A DNA stretch of 64,000 nt from Podarcis gaigeae (GCA_964106915.2 OZ066923.1); one strand, 5' to 3'. Positions 38,849 to 52,676 are shown, counted from the first letter of the stretch. Notes: generated by a model not told the origin, from the sequence alone. Translations and numbers: made by a program.

Positions 38849-39715
38849 TACAAAAATTGGGTTCTGTGCTTATATTTTTTAAAAAAATAAACATGCTGCA
38901 GAAATAACATTTTATAAAATGACAAGCTAAACATGTTTAGGATGGATTTGTAGATGAGGGCAACAGCGCTTGTACCACGGAGTAGGACCACTATTTGCAA
39001 ACACATTATATTCAGTTTAGTTAAGAACTGCTTAATGTAGGTTAATTTTTATTATAAAACATGTCCATAATTTTCGTCCACTAAATCAAAATCATGTTGC
39101 TTCCCTCATTTTCATAAGTGATGGGCTTTTTTCAACCAGGACAATGATAGTAGCAGCTGGCTTAATTATGCCATAAAAGTGTTTCTGTGAGCTGGTTCAG
39201 TGAATGGAGGATTATAGTCAAAATTTTGTTCGTATCGACTCAATTGGCTCTTAGTACTTGTTTATATTACATTTACCTCTCAGGAAAAATCCACCTGCAC
39301 TTTAAACATATATTTTGACAGGTGAAATTGACACTCTATAATACTTGTCTCTGTAAATCAAATTAAATACCCTGCACTGCAGATTTCACTCATCCTTTCC
39401 CATGCATTGTTCCCAAACATGAAGTGGGTTTAAGTGGGGTAAGCTTTTTAAATTCCTTGTGGCCATTCTAAGGAGAAATCACTCTGAGGAGGCTGGGAGA
39501 GCAGTTTCAAGCCATCTTTTCTAGGATCTTAATTATGAAGTTCCTCTCAAACCTCTGCATGGCAAGAATCTTCTTTAAAGAACAGTAAGATAATTTCCTT
39601 TTGAGGGTGTTCTGCAGAATAGGCTTACCAAGAGAGAAATCCTATACATCATGTATACTCAAAAACAAGCCCCATTAAGTTCCATGGGACTTACTCAAAA
39701 GTAGCGTTTTCCAGA

Positions 39716-39835
39716 CAGGTAGCTATGTTAGCTGGTTGCTGCAAAAACATCGAAGAACCCTGTGGCACATTAAAGGTAAACACATTTATTATGGCATGAG
39801 CTTTCCTGAAAGAGAATCCGTTTCATTAGATGCAA
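39716..39835 (-). mobile_element. Penelope-like element terminal fragment with decayed hammerhead core
   Basis: gtagctatgttag...tgtggcacattaaag...atttattatggcatgagctttc...ttcattagatgc resembles the reptile Penelope terminus. Confidence 0.6.
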
Positions 39836-42800
39836 GAGTCCACTCCTTTGGTGTGCAACGGATGACTTGTCTATATCTAGCATTGACAAAGTGTTGTCGG
39901 TGCGGAATCGGAGGCAAAAACCTATTTGGCTGTTGTTCCTGTAGCTCTTTCGCGGAGCCATGCCCTGCTAAAATAGTCTTGTCATAGCAGGAAATTGGAT
40001 CCCCGACCATAGGATCTTTCAAAAAATGGCAGCTGTTAGTTTCTTTAAAGGGGAAAGAGAGAAGGGAGGGTTTGCCCTTGCCTGGAAACCGTGGACTACG
40101 ACTTCACAGCTCTGTGGGAAGCTTAAAACTATCTGCTTTTTGAGTGCATGAACTTTCTTAAGAAAGAGCTCGCTTAAAATGCGTGAGGTAGTCTTGGCCC
40201 CCTTCCCCTTCAATCTATGGAGAAGGCACTCAGAGGCACATTGCGCAGACTCAGGATACGCTCTCGCTTCACAACAACCCAGACCTTTTGCTGGCATGGA
40301 AAACAGATCCTGGGGCTGAGGGATCTCTGCGATCCATTCCCCAAATACTGTCCACACCAATTTTCTTGGGAGTTATCCCCGTGGTTAAACCAGACTACTG
40401 AGATCTGCGTGTACGTGAGCGTGTCCTATTCGTCGATCGACAAAACCAATTTTATTTTTTTTTCATTGGAATCCGAGCGTAGAATATACGTATTTATTTG
40501 TAACACGGTGGCATAAGGGGTTGGCGTGCGCCATCAGATCTCCCCACTGGCTGCCTTGCGTTAAAGCACGCGAACTGCAGGCTGCACAGAAGCGCACCTC
40601 TATTTCCCTGTTTATTTTCATCCTTCAAATGCCGGAGGGTATGCAAATCAGCTCACAGCCCCTAAACAAAACCCCACAAGGCACGGATGTCAGATGGCAT
40701 TTTAACTATTCATGGAGCACGTTTCCCCGCTCTCAATTGCAGGTGCTACTCCGCACGATTCAGGGACTACTTTTTCAGCAGTGCGCCTGTGCATTTGCCT
40801 TCGTCGACGTAACTTCAGACGCAAGCACTGAGATAGGCAGAACAACCTGCAAGGTGTAGGAGCGCAGGCTGTTCTAAAAATAACAGCACCATGCTAGCAA
40901 CAGCCTTCCCATTGGCTGGAGTCGTTAGGGGGTTCTGCAGATTGGTCTGCTGCGTTAACCAGTAGGCTAAAAGCGGGGAGGGGTCGGCGTGTTTTGTGTG
41001 TAAAACTGGAAAGGCAACAAGGTTGCTGGGAAGTGTAGTTTTTTGCCTGTAGGTTCCCTAGGCCTGAAGTTGCCAAACGAAGGTTAAAAACAAGACTTAA
41101 GGAACGATGTGAAGCTGTGCTGTTCAAAATAAAGGATATGTTGTATTGTATCTGCTCCCATGGACAAATATGCTGTTTAGTATGTGTCTCCATAGAGCAT
41201 TTTATTGGTTGTTTATAGGGAGGTGTAGAGACACATTCTGTGCATCTAAACCCCTATTAGCGCAACTATGGAAATTCTATGTTTTTCTTTTGCCTGTCTG
41301 TATTGTGCACAAGAAGGAAAGCAGGACAGGTTTAGACTGCCCTGTACGAACCATTTAAGTCTTATAGTAGATAAAGTGTCTCTCTACTCCTTATTCCTTC
41401 TATTCAGAGTTAAGCATGCGAGAGCTGCATTTACTACTTACAACAAAAGCCAGGGGCTTTGGCAAAGTCCTAAAGCCAATAGACATATCTTCTACAGGAT
41501 TCATGTTACTAATTTTTATTGTATGTTAACATTTATTTATCTCACCTCTACTAGAAGCTCCAGAGATGTAAACAAGCATATATGTACAGTTTTGCCAGTC
41601 ACATAACGAGTGTAATCCTAACTGCGCTTACTCGAAAGTCCACATTTCAATGTGGCTTGTTTACTCAAAAGCACAGTTCAGTATTGAGCTGTAAGGCTGC
41701 ATTCTTAAATATACATGCTTGGAAGTAAACCTCACTGAAATTAATGCACCTGCTGGGGGCATACCATGGATGATTAATTAATATGAAATGAAATATTACT
41801 TGTATCAATAGGATAATTTGCCATATATTATTACAAATAATTTTTGACATGTTTTAAATCTGGATTACTATTCCTGTTGTTCATTGTGCTGCTCACCTCC
41901 ATTCCACTCAGTGGGACGTTTGTAGTTTCCTATGCATAGTAGGAAAACTTGGTGGATTGTGCCCAGAGTGAACATAACAGCTCCACCAGTTAAAATAACA
42001 ATGCGTTTGTTCAACAGGAAGTTAGAAAACCTGCTAATCCAGACAACAGAAAAGTAGGACAGAATTAATATACAATTATACCAATTTGACTTAAATGAGA
42101 CTAAATATTATGTCCCTATCCTAATACACTTAATGCCAGTCTTTTTAAGTTCAAATCTCATTGTCCAGAAGACTAAATGGAGCGCTCAAAAGGATATGTT
42201 TTTCAGATTTCATATCGTCAACTCAATCTACATCTAGTAAAATGAAATTACAGCAGCATTTCTATATACATTTACCTGGAAGTGTCTTATTGAATTCAGT
42301 GGGACCTCATTTGTTTCATAAAAGTAAATGGACCTTAAGCTCATTTACAGCACAGTTCTATTAGAACTACTGTATCTTAAATCCTGGAAGCTCATATAAT
42401 TAGAACGTAATAAATGTACAGCCCAGTATGCAATCTAGCATAACAGGTTATGTTCTATATGTAGACTATATGATCATCATAATCATTATGTATATTAATA
42501 GCAAACTCAGTTGCTGAGTTACGACGGCTATGTAGCCAAAACGGGGCTACTGAAAATACAAGAAGTAAAAATATCAACATGCTTGAGAGAACCCGAAAAT
42601 AAGCAAAAGTAGGGAAAAATAATTATTTAAATTGTAATAACATTTTGTTGTAGGCCCCACTTGTAATTTCATATTCTTTTGCCAGCATATTTTATTGTTT
42701 ATTAGGCAGACAATGTTCCAAATATTTAAATAAAGGCAATGAATTTCCCGACACACCCAGAACTGTCCACTGACATACTATGTAGAGATGCCTCAAGCAT

Positions 42801-43221
42801 TAATTTTCCCATGGTTCATATGCTCTTTTTACAAAGGTGAAATATAATATTCCAGTCATCTATGCTATACTTGAAGGAACACATGCACCCTGAACCACTA
42901 TGCATGTTTATGAAAAAACAGATCCTTATATATTCAGTAAGGCTTGCTCCACAATACATTGAAATGCAGCACACACGTCTATTCTCAGATATATCCGTCA
43001 ATGATTGCATCTATATTTCCATGATCTTTTCATCATTCGTATCCATTTGGAACCAGTCAGGGAGAATTAGGAAGACAAACTGAAATAGAAAACATTTTCA
43101 GCAAAGACACACAATTTATTATTAAATTCAGCTATTCCTTATTTTGCTTCTAGTAAACCAGCCTTACATTAGAATGACCAGTCCAGTTTCAAACTCACAC
43201 TGCAATTTATGTAGCTTTTCT

Positions 43222-43314
43222 AACAGTGCAATATCCTATACATGTCTACTCAGAAGTAAACTCCACTGACTTCAGTGGAACTTATTCCTAGGCGAGTATA
43301 AGATTGCAGCCTAA
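43222..43314. repeat. ~90-bp palindromic interspersed repeat (related copies near 33445, 39640, 41610, 53335, 60032)
   Basis: Central hairpin tccactga-ct-tcagtgga with tgca..atcct / agattgca arms. Confidence 0.55.
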
Positions 43315-44598
43315 GATTACATTTTAATTGATTTTAAATTGGATGAAATGGTTTTGCACTTTTTTTTAATTTCCCAGGCACATGGACAGCCCTAATGGTA
43401 TTTTATTATATTATTAAATCAGTTTTTAGTATTTAGTAATTTTATTATTGTATTTTTTAATCTGTAAATTGCTTTGGAACTTTTTAGTGGAAACTACCAC
43501 ACACATTTAATACACTTTAAAAATAATCCAGAAAACGTAGTTAATATTGCTGCCGACAACTGAATAAATCCTATTCATAGGAGAGAGGAAAAACATTCCT
43601 TCCACCATACTAGCTTTGCTGTGAGTTTTTAATACCAAGAAAGACCAGTCAGTCTATAATTAGGTGTAATTAGCACTTACTCATTGCCCAGCATTCTTTA
43701 CCTTTGCATCACCTGACACTTACAACCCAAGGAAATTAGTTCTTTCCTGCCTTTCAAATGAAGAAACAGTTTGACAAGGAGCAGTTACTCACCATGAAGG
43801 TGCAAAACACAATATATACTACAAAGTCAGACTTATTCATCTCAAATCATCCTCCAATTTAGTTCTCTATATCTTAAGGTGAGAGGTGTGGACTTTTGTG
43901 AGGGAACAAGCCATTCATCCTCTTCTTGATTTACGGCATTAGTAGGGCACCTGTGGCCATCCAGATATTATTGGACTACAAATTCCATCCCTCCTGATGA
44001 TTGATCGTGCTCACTGGGGATGATAGGATGTAGGCATCCAACACCATAGATTCCTCATCCCTCCTTTATGTCCATTTCCCTGAGTTGACTTACCAAGCTG
44101 GGAATCTTGGGGGCAACTCTGTTTTTCACAGTCTTTATGCCTTCCCTCAAGTGCTCACCTGACTTGGGAAAACTTGACCAGGTAAGATAATTGCTCCCTT
44201 GACAAGAATAGTCTGAGAAGCCATGAGACAGAGAACTATTGAGTTGTGAGTTGATCACACCCATTTTATGATGGTTACATGTAAGACTCAGGAAGATGAT
44301 CAGGCATGTGATACACATGATTAAAGCATATTACTAACGGGCTATTATGGGCCATTCCAGGTCTCCGCACATGAGCAAATTTCAGTTTAGTAGTTATGAC
44401 TCCTTTCTAGGCCTAGACAAAACATTGCAAGTTTTATTTTCATAGAACTTGGCCAGCTGTGCATCTAATGGGACACAAAGGCATATATATGAACATAACA
44501 ATGCATTTTAAGCAGGGCTAGTTGAAAGGTACATAATATATTCTCAACACCAAAGAGCACAATTTACACAGACCTTCATGCAAGTTTTGTGTGTATGG

Positions 44599-44620
44599 TT
44601 TTTTTTTTTTTTTTTTTTTT
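44599..44620. repeat. Poly(T)22
   Basis: Directly visible. Confidence 0.9.
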
Positions 44621-45436
44621 ACAAATTGTATTATTGTAGGACCAACATGAGTACAGCATCCATACCATAAATCTTTGCTTCATTCTTTCTATACAATAAT
44701 CTCACAAGGCAGGCTTTGGGCTCCATTTTCAGAGGAAAAGCCAGGCTGAAATACAGTGACTGGATTTAGGATTGGTAAATGCAGGTTTGGAGAAGCTATT
44801 CTCCGTAGAAGCTGCACTGGTTTTTAAATCTTTTAAAAACACTCTTTAAACTTTGTAACTGAAGGATAAGGAGCCTATGCCATTAGTGACTACACATCAA
44901 GTGGTACTAGCTTTTGAGTGCCAAGGTCGCTAAAAGTAGTGCACACTGTATCTTGGTAACATTGGTTTCCCTGGAGATTTACTAATGCAGGCCTGTATAA
45001 TTTGTAATTTTCAAGTTGAAAATAGCCCACCAGCCACATTATTGTGGCATGCCAAGCACTCCCCCATTCCAATTTTGCAGGTCCAGGAAGGAAGTAAAAT
45101 CAAGTTTATTGAGCCCCTAGATGGCTGCCACATGCGGCTAGTGGAATTCATCCAGCTTGGTGATAAGATGTTTAGTCTCATAACAAAAAGTTGCAAAGAA
45201 ATCAGAATAAATTTCTTATCTGAGCAGCCTGCTTTACATTGTGACTTTTGTTGGACTCTTAGGCATTAAACCAGTCTCTCAAACCTGGGTCCCCAGATGT
45301 TGTTGATACCAGGACCAGTGGTCAGGGATGATGGGAGTCGTAGTCCAACAAGTTTGAGAAAGGCTACATTACACAAAGACATCAAATTTAAGATATCTGT
45401 GCCAAGTAGAAGCGGAACTCCTCATTAACAAGACAG

Positions 45437-45714
45437 TAAAGGTAAAGGGACCCCTGACCATTGGGTCCAGTCACAGACGACTCTGGGGTTGCAGCGCTCA
45501 TCTCACTTTATTGGCCGAGGGAGCCGGCATACAGCTCATGTGGCCAGCATGACTAAGCTGCTTCTGGCGAACCAGAGCAGCACACGGAAACGCCGTTTAC
45601 CTTCCCACCAGGGCAGTTCCTATTTATCTACTTGCTCTTTGATATGCTTTTGAACTGCTAGGCTGGCAGGAGCAGGGACCAAGCAATGGAAGCTCACCCC
45701 GTCGCGGGGATTCA
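45437..45714 (-). mobile_element. 5'-truncated Sauria SINE
   Basis: Reverse complement of the 21859-22210 element from B-box to tail; flanked by caaga(c/t)agta repeats. Confidence 0.9.
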
Positions 45715-46110
45715 AGATAGTAGCTCACATTAAACAAGACAGTAGCTCACATTAAAAGGAATGTCACTTCTCTTTTTCTCAAATATTTTAGTCTATAACA
45801 TAGAGTAGACCAAGACAAGATCCACAAATCATGTCACAAGTCATGTTCTGAACACTTTTCATGCTTTTTCACATCATCTTCTTTTTCTTGCCATTTTCAA
45901 CCATTCCACATCATATACCCAATGTGGGGAACCTATGGCCCACCAGTCCTCTCCATTTGGCCCATTAGGTCATTTGGGCTAAGCCATGCCTACCTGCTTT
46001 ATACCTGATATGATGTCTGATGTAGGACAGATGAAGACATGGCTGTGCCAAACTGGGGTTGCAAGCACTACCAATCTAGAGTACAGAGTCTTCATTTTGA
46101 GAATTAATTT

Positions 46111-46262
46111 ATCATAGAAGCATAGAATTGTAGAGTTGGAAGGGACTTCAAGGGTCATCTAGTCAGCCCCTGCAATGCAAGAATCCTGCCCACAGCCATT
46201 CCTGGGAGGGTTCAAACCACCAACCTTCTGGTTAACAGCCAGACACACTGCCCCATTGTGGC
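46111..46262 (-). mobile_element. tRNA/CR1-tailed SINE (Squam2-like); a tail-only copy lies at ~50455-50510
   Basis: catagaa tail repeats, gagttggaagggac...ggtcatctagtc CR1 end, tRNA-like head with B-box (ggtttgaacc on - strand). Confidence 0.6.
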
Positions 46263-47309
46263 ACTGGTGGCTACATGACTGGATAGATTTACAATATTTT
46301 GCGTCTTGAGTCTTTCCATTCTGGGCCCATCCTCCCATCCAATTGCTCCCCAAAGGTAATGTATCTTATTGGTCCCCAGCACTGGCTCAGTAACAGCCTA
46401 GAGCCATTACCATCTTGTGTAAAAAGAAGGAAAAAAGCTTCACCCGCATTAAAAAAATAGGAAAGACAAGAAATATTAAAAACCCAGCTATAAAAATCAA
46501 GATTCCAAAAGTAAGCTTTTGGAGCTAGTACAGAGTATACCGAGACCTGTTCTAGTTATAGCATTTGAGAAACAGTGTTATTCATGGCTATGCTGTAGTG
46601 GTGTGTTAATATGCTTTGCCTAACAGGCACAGTGGTCAGTTAAGAGTGACCTGTTTTCAGAAACCCTGGAAGCAAAGGCTGAGGTCCAGGGTTGCGAGTA
46701 TGTAGAAAGCTTGCTGTTTCTCTTGCTGAACCTGTTCTGTGGAGAATAGCTTTCTACCATGTAGAGGCACCTTGGTGTTTAGAAGTACACGTTTATTACC
46801 ACACCTTTTACCACACCAACTATTTCCCTTCAGAGACGACAACTTGTGCACAATGTCTGGCTGTGATTTGGAATCTGGTAATCACAGCTCATAACAATGC
46901 CATTTATGGGATGGAAGAATAATCTGGGCAGGGCAACACCCATCTTTTTATAGTCTGCTTCTCATGGGTCTTTGTCTGTAGCAGCAGTAGCATGTCATTT
47001 TCCTGCTGCTGAACTAGTTCTATGTGGATAATTGCACTAGAACAAAACTGGGTAAATCTCAAATGGCAACTAGACTTTTTCAACAGTAGGCAAGAATGGC
47101 GGTTTTACAGCATAAGCATTTCACACTGATGCAAGACACATGCTAAGACAATATGAACTGCTGTTCTTTAAAGCCTTTCAATGCTGTGGACTTCAAACTT
47201 GCCACTGTTGGAGGATATCATTTTATACATATCTAACAACAGGAGCCCAGAAAGAACAACATGGAGAGATTTAGAGACAGGACCCTCCTTTAGAAGACTA
47301 CTATAAAAC

Positions 47310-47315
47310 TTTATT
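47310..47315 (-). terminator. Candidate PHF5A poly(A) signal AATAAA
   Basis: tttatt on + strand, ~390 nt after the stop codon. Confidence 0.65.
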
Positions 47316-47703
47316 GATGCATAATTCACAAAGATGCTGTGGCTTGGCTTATGTCAGAGAAAATATAGGCATGGTCATAACACTAAGTGAAAGGATTCAG
47401 TCAACAGAAATTTAGGCTGCTTATCTATAAAGGGGTAGATTGGAAGTCACAGGGGCTGAAATGTAAATCTCCTTCCTCTGAGACACAGATGCAATAAAAA
47501 TGCTCAACTCCCTTGGTAACATTAGGGACCACTGAGGAATGGCAGGGAAGACAGCAACCTCCAAATTGAGTTTTACATACTAGTTTCTGCAACAAATTTT
47601 AAGGACTAAGAACAAATGAGCTGCTTTCCAGTAAGATGGCAGTCCTTTTTTTAAAAAAAGAATCCTTGCAGTCTCCAGCAAATGTACCATGGTGGAGATG
47701 GGA

Positions 47704-47793
47704 TCACCTTTTCTTAAAGCCATACTTCTTTCGCTCATAGAAGAGATCTGTTTTTGAGCTGCCCAGATTGACAATCTTGGGACAGCCATCTCG
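47704..47793 (-). CDS. PHF5A: PHF5A exon 4 ([29 protein letters not shown])
   Basis: ttttcAG acceptor; 90 nt to TGA; the four exons total 333 nt = 110 aa + stop. Confidence 0.97.
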
Positions 47794-50700
47794 CTGAAAA
47801 GGAACAGAAAAGGGATATGGTTAGAACAAGGGTAATGCTAATAAATGTATCATACAAGTTACTTTACAGCTCAGATAGGGTGTGCAAGAAAAAAATTAAT
47901 CATCACTCAACACTAGACCCGATTCTGATACATGTACTGGCTACAGGTAGTTATGCCAACCTTCCATTTGAAGTCCAACAGTGATTCTGCCACAAAGGCT
48001 GCAATTCTACATACTCTTAATTATTTCTGAGTATGCTATTTTAGGATAGTGTTGCAATTCAATTTTCTCTACCAGGGGCGTATGAATTCTACATCCAGAA
48101 TAAGTTGCACAAAGTTCCTTTATTTAATCTGGCCTTGGTGTTTGGGGCTTTGCGGAATTTGAAGTGTTTTTGCAAAGACAGAGGAATTAAAAGATCAAAG
48201 TCATACTCTGTAGACCCATGAAAATCAACATATTTAAGTTAGTGATGGCTGACTTACTGAAAGTCCATTGATTTAATGTTTCTACTCTGAGTATGACATG
48301 GCTACCCAAAGAAAGCAGGCATTGACAGTGAGAAATATTAAGAGCTGTACAGGGCAAGTAGATTAAGCACTTTGCAAGCCCGACCCAGAAACTTTGCTTC
48401 AGGTTTCTGCGGATACATCAGCATATTTTCAGATTTATCTAAACCACCATAAGATTTAGAAAATGAAAAAGCAACAGAAAGCCAATATGTGAGCTCCTCA
48501 AGGAGTCAAATAGCATGCTGCTGTTCGACTTACAGAATTGATGGTTTATGGTAGTTCCTGAAGAAAGAATTGATGTTCTGAAGTGCACTGAGCTGTAATG
48601 AATCTCAGTTGGCACTTTTGAGAAGCTTCCCCATTTTGCATTCTTTCTCATTTCTGTGGCACCTTACAGACTGCTACTGGCATGCAGTGTTCAAAACTCC
48701 CTTTGTGACAGGGAATTTCATTAGCACGAGCAGTTTCTGAGCTCTGGGCGCAGTACTGTGCCTAAGAGTTCAGATTAAAAACTGCAGAGTGGAAGGAAAG
48801 GGGGACCCTTTTCTGCCTCCCCACTTCCAGCTACTCTCTGAATACTGGAGAAGAGACCCTCTGAAAAATATTAGGAGGGTAGGCAGGGGAAGGACTAGAG
48901 CACGTGAAAAATGAACATAATATTTTAGCTGCAGTTCATTCATTTTCAGCTTTGTATGCTTGTTACAAAAAAAGCGCACCTAGACATTCTGTTACTGCAC
49001 CCATAACACAGGTTTAAGGTGCCATTTAGCTCCTAGCTTTCATATCTCAGTTTCTAACACTACTGGCACGGCAGCTACAGGGTTAGGCAGGTAGAAGATC
49101 ATTTGCTGTTGAATATGCCAGGGTAGTTTGGATTCAGGGTAGGCAGGGACTGCCTATTGTTCCAATAGCTGCTGTGAAGGGATGAAGAAACAGAGCGTGG
49201 TACAGTTACAGCTGGAGGAACCCACCTTACAGATAATTTTCAGTTACATTTAAGCTGATAGATCTGTGAACTTTTTGCAGGGTGCTGGATTCTGTTCACC
49301 AACCTACCCGCTCAGCAGATGCAATATTTTCCTCAGTTTACACTTTGACACAGGAAATCAATAAATACCTCCCCAGTCTGAAGTGACACATTTTGTGTGT
49401 GCCCTATGCCACATTTTCTGGAGGGGCACTTTCACTACTGTGTGATCAGATGCAAAAGCAGACAGGGCGCCCACACAGCTCTTAAAGGTGAAGGAGCCCT
49501 GGCCTCTTTTTCACCTGGCTACCCTATTGTATTCACTGACAAACTTCCCACAAGTATAGAAATAGCTTTAAAACCATTTCCAACTGCACTTCATGGCCTC
49601 GCCATTTCAGCATCTGTCTGATTTGGAGAGGATCCTCTTCATAGAATTCCATCTTAACCTGGGTGCAGCAGTACTTTATGCTAAAAGAACCCATTGTTAC
49701 TGACCCATTTTCTTCATACTGTCTAGCAGCCCTGGTGCCTTCTTTTCTGTCTACAGTTGAGACGAGTTTATGCACACATTCAACATGCACTCAACTGTGG
49801 AATCCAATGTCAATTTACTCATAAAGCATCTATCACACCATAGATGGCTCTAATGTCACAGCATCTCAAACAGTACTTTTAAATGGAGGTAGTCGATACA
49901 CATTCAACTGCAAATCATCAAGTAATGTATATGCAAATTCAAAAAGCCTTTTCTTTTTAAAAACCTCCTCCTCCCAAGCCCTTCCTACACAGTATCAGAG
50001 AGAATGAAGCTAATTGTCAGCTACTCCATTTTCAAGAGCCATGCTCTCTACTTCTGCTTATTTTTCAACTCAAATGCGAGACGGCTGGGTAGGAACAAGG
50101 TCACTTCTATTGTCCCTGCATAGTAACCAGCAAAACAGGTGCATTTCACTTTATAGATAATTGCATTTCTGTGGTACAATTGGAGCAGCGAGGTGAAAAA
50201 AAGAGAGCACAGGAGCTCCTGCACCTTTAAAAGATGTACCTTCCCTCTTCTCTACAACTATTAAAGATGCATGAGCCCTGACCTATTTTTCACAAGGCCA
50301 CTTTAGAGTCAAGGCATTTTTTCCTGTACTCATTCATTGTTAAAACAGTCTGAATCTGCTCTTACTGTAAGGATTTCTGGTACAGAAGAACACCAGCTCT
50401 ACTGTTGCAACATTGCAATACCCATCCTCAGACAAAAATATAAGGTGTCCCAAATTCATAGAAGGGACCTTGAGGGTCATCTAGTCTAACCCCCTGCAAC
50501 GGAGAAATCTCAACAAGTGACATTACAGAGGAATTTGTAGGACTGTATCACTGAAGAGAAAATCTGATACCATTGCTACTTACAAACCACCCCACCCCAA
50601 GACCGCTAACCCAGATTGCTGTTTAGAATAATACTACACTACAATGGCTAGTAGTTGATTCTATAATTTTAAATTAAAGGTTCAACTGTCAATGCTGATT

Positions 50701-51012
50701 TTTATTTTTTAAACCCCTGTCCTTGATCTCTTGTAATCTAAGGCATGAATGAAATCTGTCTACTGGTTTGCAGCCATAAGTTATTTTAGAAGAGTTTGAA
50801 ATTATAAATTATGTTCGTTTTAGGGCCCTTTTGAAAGAGACAAGTATGAATAAGCCTTTATTGAAGGTACTGGACATGAGAGCATATAGATATTAGAATA
50901 TAAGCATCCCAGGCTTCAGATGTTTACCAACACATGGGCCAACGATAATATTTAAGAACAAACAATTGCAACTTAGAGAGCGGAAAAATGCAAATCCCTG
51001 TAACAATCTTAC

Positions 51013-51179
51013 ATCTTTCTCCTGGATGGTGCATTCTTTACAGTAGTATGCATCAGAGACACCAGGACCTCCACATATCACACAGCGCCCTTGATAAGAC
51101 CCATAGTTGCACTCATCACATATGCGCACCAGTGTGCAGGGCCGCACGTAAGAGTCACAAATAACACACTTGCCATCAC
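51013..51179 (-). CDS. PHF5A: PHF5A exon 3 ([56 protein letters not shown])
   Basis: CxxC zinc-knot motifs; 167 nt; AG/GTAAG boundaries. Confidence 0.97.
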
Positions 51180-52326
51180 CTGCAAAATAAGTACACGTAT
51201 TTCAAGTGAAAGAAAAGATGCAGACAAGCCACCCACAGAAAGAATATACACAGCTTATTAGATTACCCACAGAACATGCTACAAAAGAAAGGCGTTAACT
51301 GGGTTTGCTTCCAGGCAGATGTGTTTAAGGTGGAGTTGCCACACCCCAAATACAATGGCTTGAGTTGTTTACAGATAAAAGTCCAAAGCAACTGGCATTT
51401 GATTGAACTTCCCCATAAACCAGTCTGCCACATTTTTTGAATTTTTTAATCATATGTAACACCAAATCAGCATCTCTGTGCAGGGATGAACACAGAATGC
51501 AGCATCACAGATACACCAAACATATAATGCCAATGCAATCTTCTACACTTGAAAGGTATATTCAGTGATCTTCTTTTCTTAATTTGGCTTTAGGAAAGGC
51601 TGAACGGGCAAGTGCACACATACATAATTGAAGCCATTATTGCTGTAGATAGCTCTTGAGGTATGGAACCAAAGTTAGCAAGTAAGTAAATAGCCAACAG
51701 ATGGCAATGACAAGCACTGCCAGCCTGGACCATATCCAAGCAAATGACCTAAAGACGAAGAGCTTCATATCCCATTACCCTCGTCCATCTAATCTTTATT
51801 CCTACTAAGGATTTGTTTAACTTGCTCTTTCTTTTGGAAGGTGAACAAATTCCTTTTAAGAAAGCTGCTGATAACCTCCTGGGTGACAGCTACAACAGAC
51901 CATCTCATAGTTTCCCCCCAGTACTGCTTTATTTCTAGTTTCGAAGATGGGGCAGGAGTAGGGAGCCATTTCATTTGTGTGGCAAGTAGCCCTGGGAAGC
52001 ACCCAAGTGCAGCACCTTCTACTCTCTTACTCTGCATCCCTGGGCTGAAAAAGCTTTCCTGTCTGCAATAGCTTGTGCTGTTATCCTGTCCTTTTATGAC
52101 CAGGAGAGACAGCATATGTTACTCCAATAGCGATATTAAGAAAAGCCATAATCTGCCCATAACTTCATCCTTTCTGACATCCTTTTACTCTTTCTGACAT
52201 CTTTTCCTTCTGCCTAGTTTCACCTCAAAATGGACACTAGCTAGCCTGGTCATTATGTGGCCTGAAGTTTTGCTTTCACTTTACAGGTACCTGTGCTTTT
52301 TAAGGACCAGAGGAGACTCCGGAGTG

Positions 52327-52676
52327 CAGGGTGTGTGTGTCTTTTTTCAACCCAAGGGCTGCATTCTTTTCTGGGCAGCCTTCCTGGTGCTACATGCCAA
52401 TGGTGGGTGGGGTGAGGTGGGGCAAAAGTGGGCATGGCACCAAATTTAAATTTTACCTTTGTAAAACAGCATAGTTTCTATGCACACTCAATCAACCCTC
52501 TCTATCCTCCATCCATGAGTACAAGAGGAATTATCAGAGTTCAAGGACACATTCCAGCCAGGCAAGAGCTCCTGGGGTGTAAAGCATGGTCAGTGAGGTG
52601 TGTACTGGGGAGAATTCCAGGGGCCAGGCAGAAAGGCCTGGAATTTGGCCCCCGAGCTTGAATTTCACTGCCCCTG
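52327..52676. mobile_element. Degenerate hAT-like non-autonomous element, PHF5A intron 2
   Basis: CAGGG...CCCCTG termini and hAT-like subterminal blocks; TSD not clear. Confidence 0.4.

Noticed and set aside
40250-41050. snRNA-type gene suggested by octamer plus ZNF143 motifs
   Set aside because: No convincing PSE and no sequence I recognise as a spliceosomal snRNA, U7, 7SK, Y, vault or RNase P/MRP RNA; cmscan would settle it
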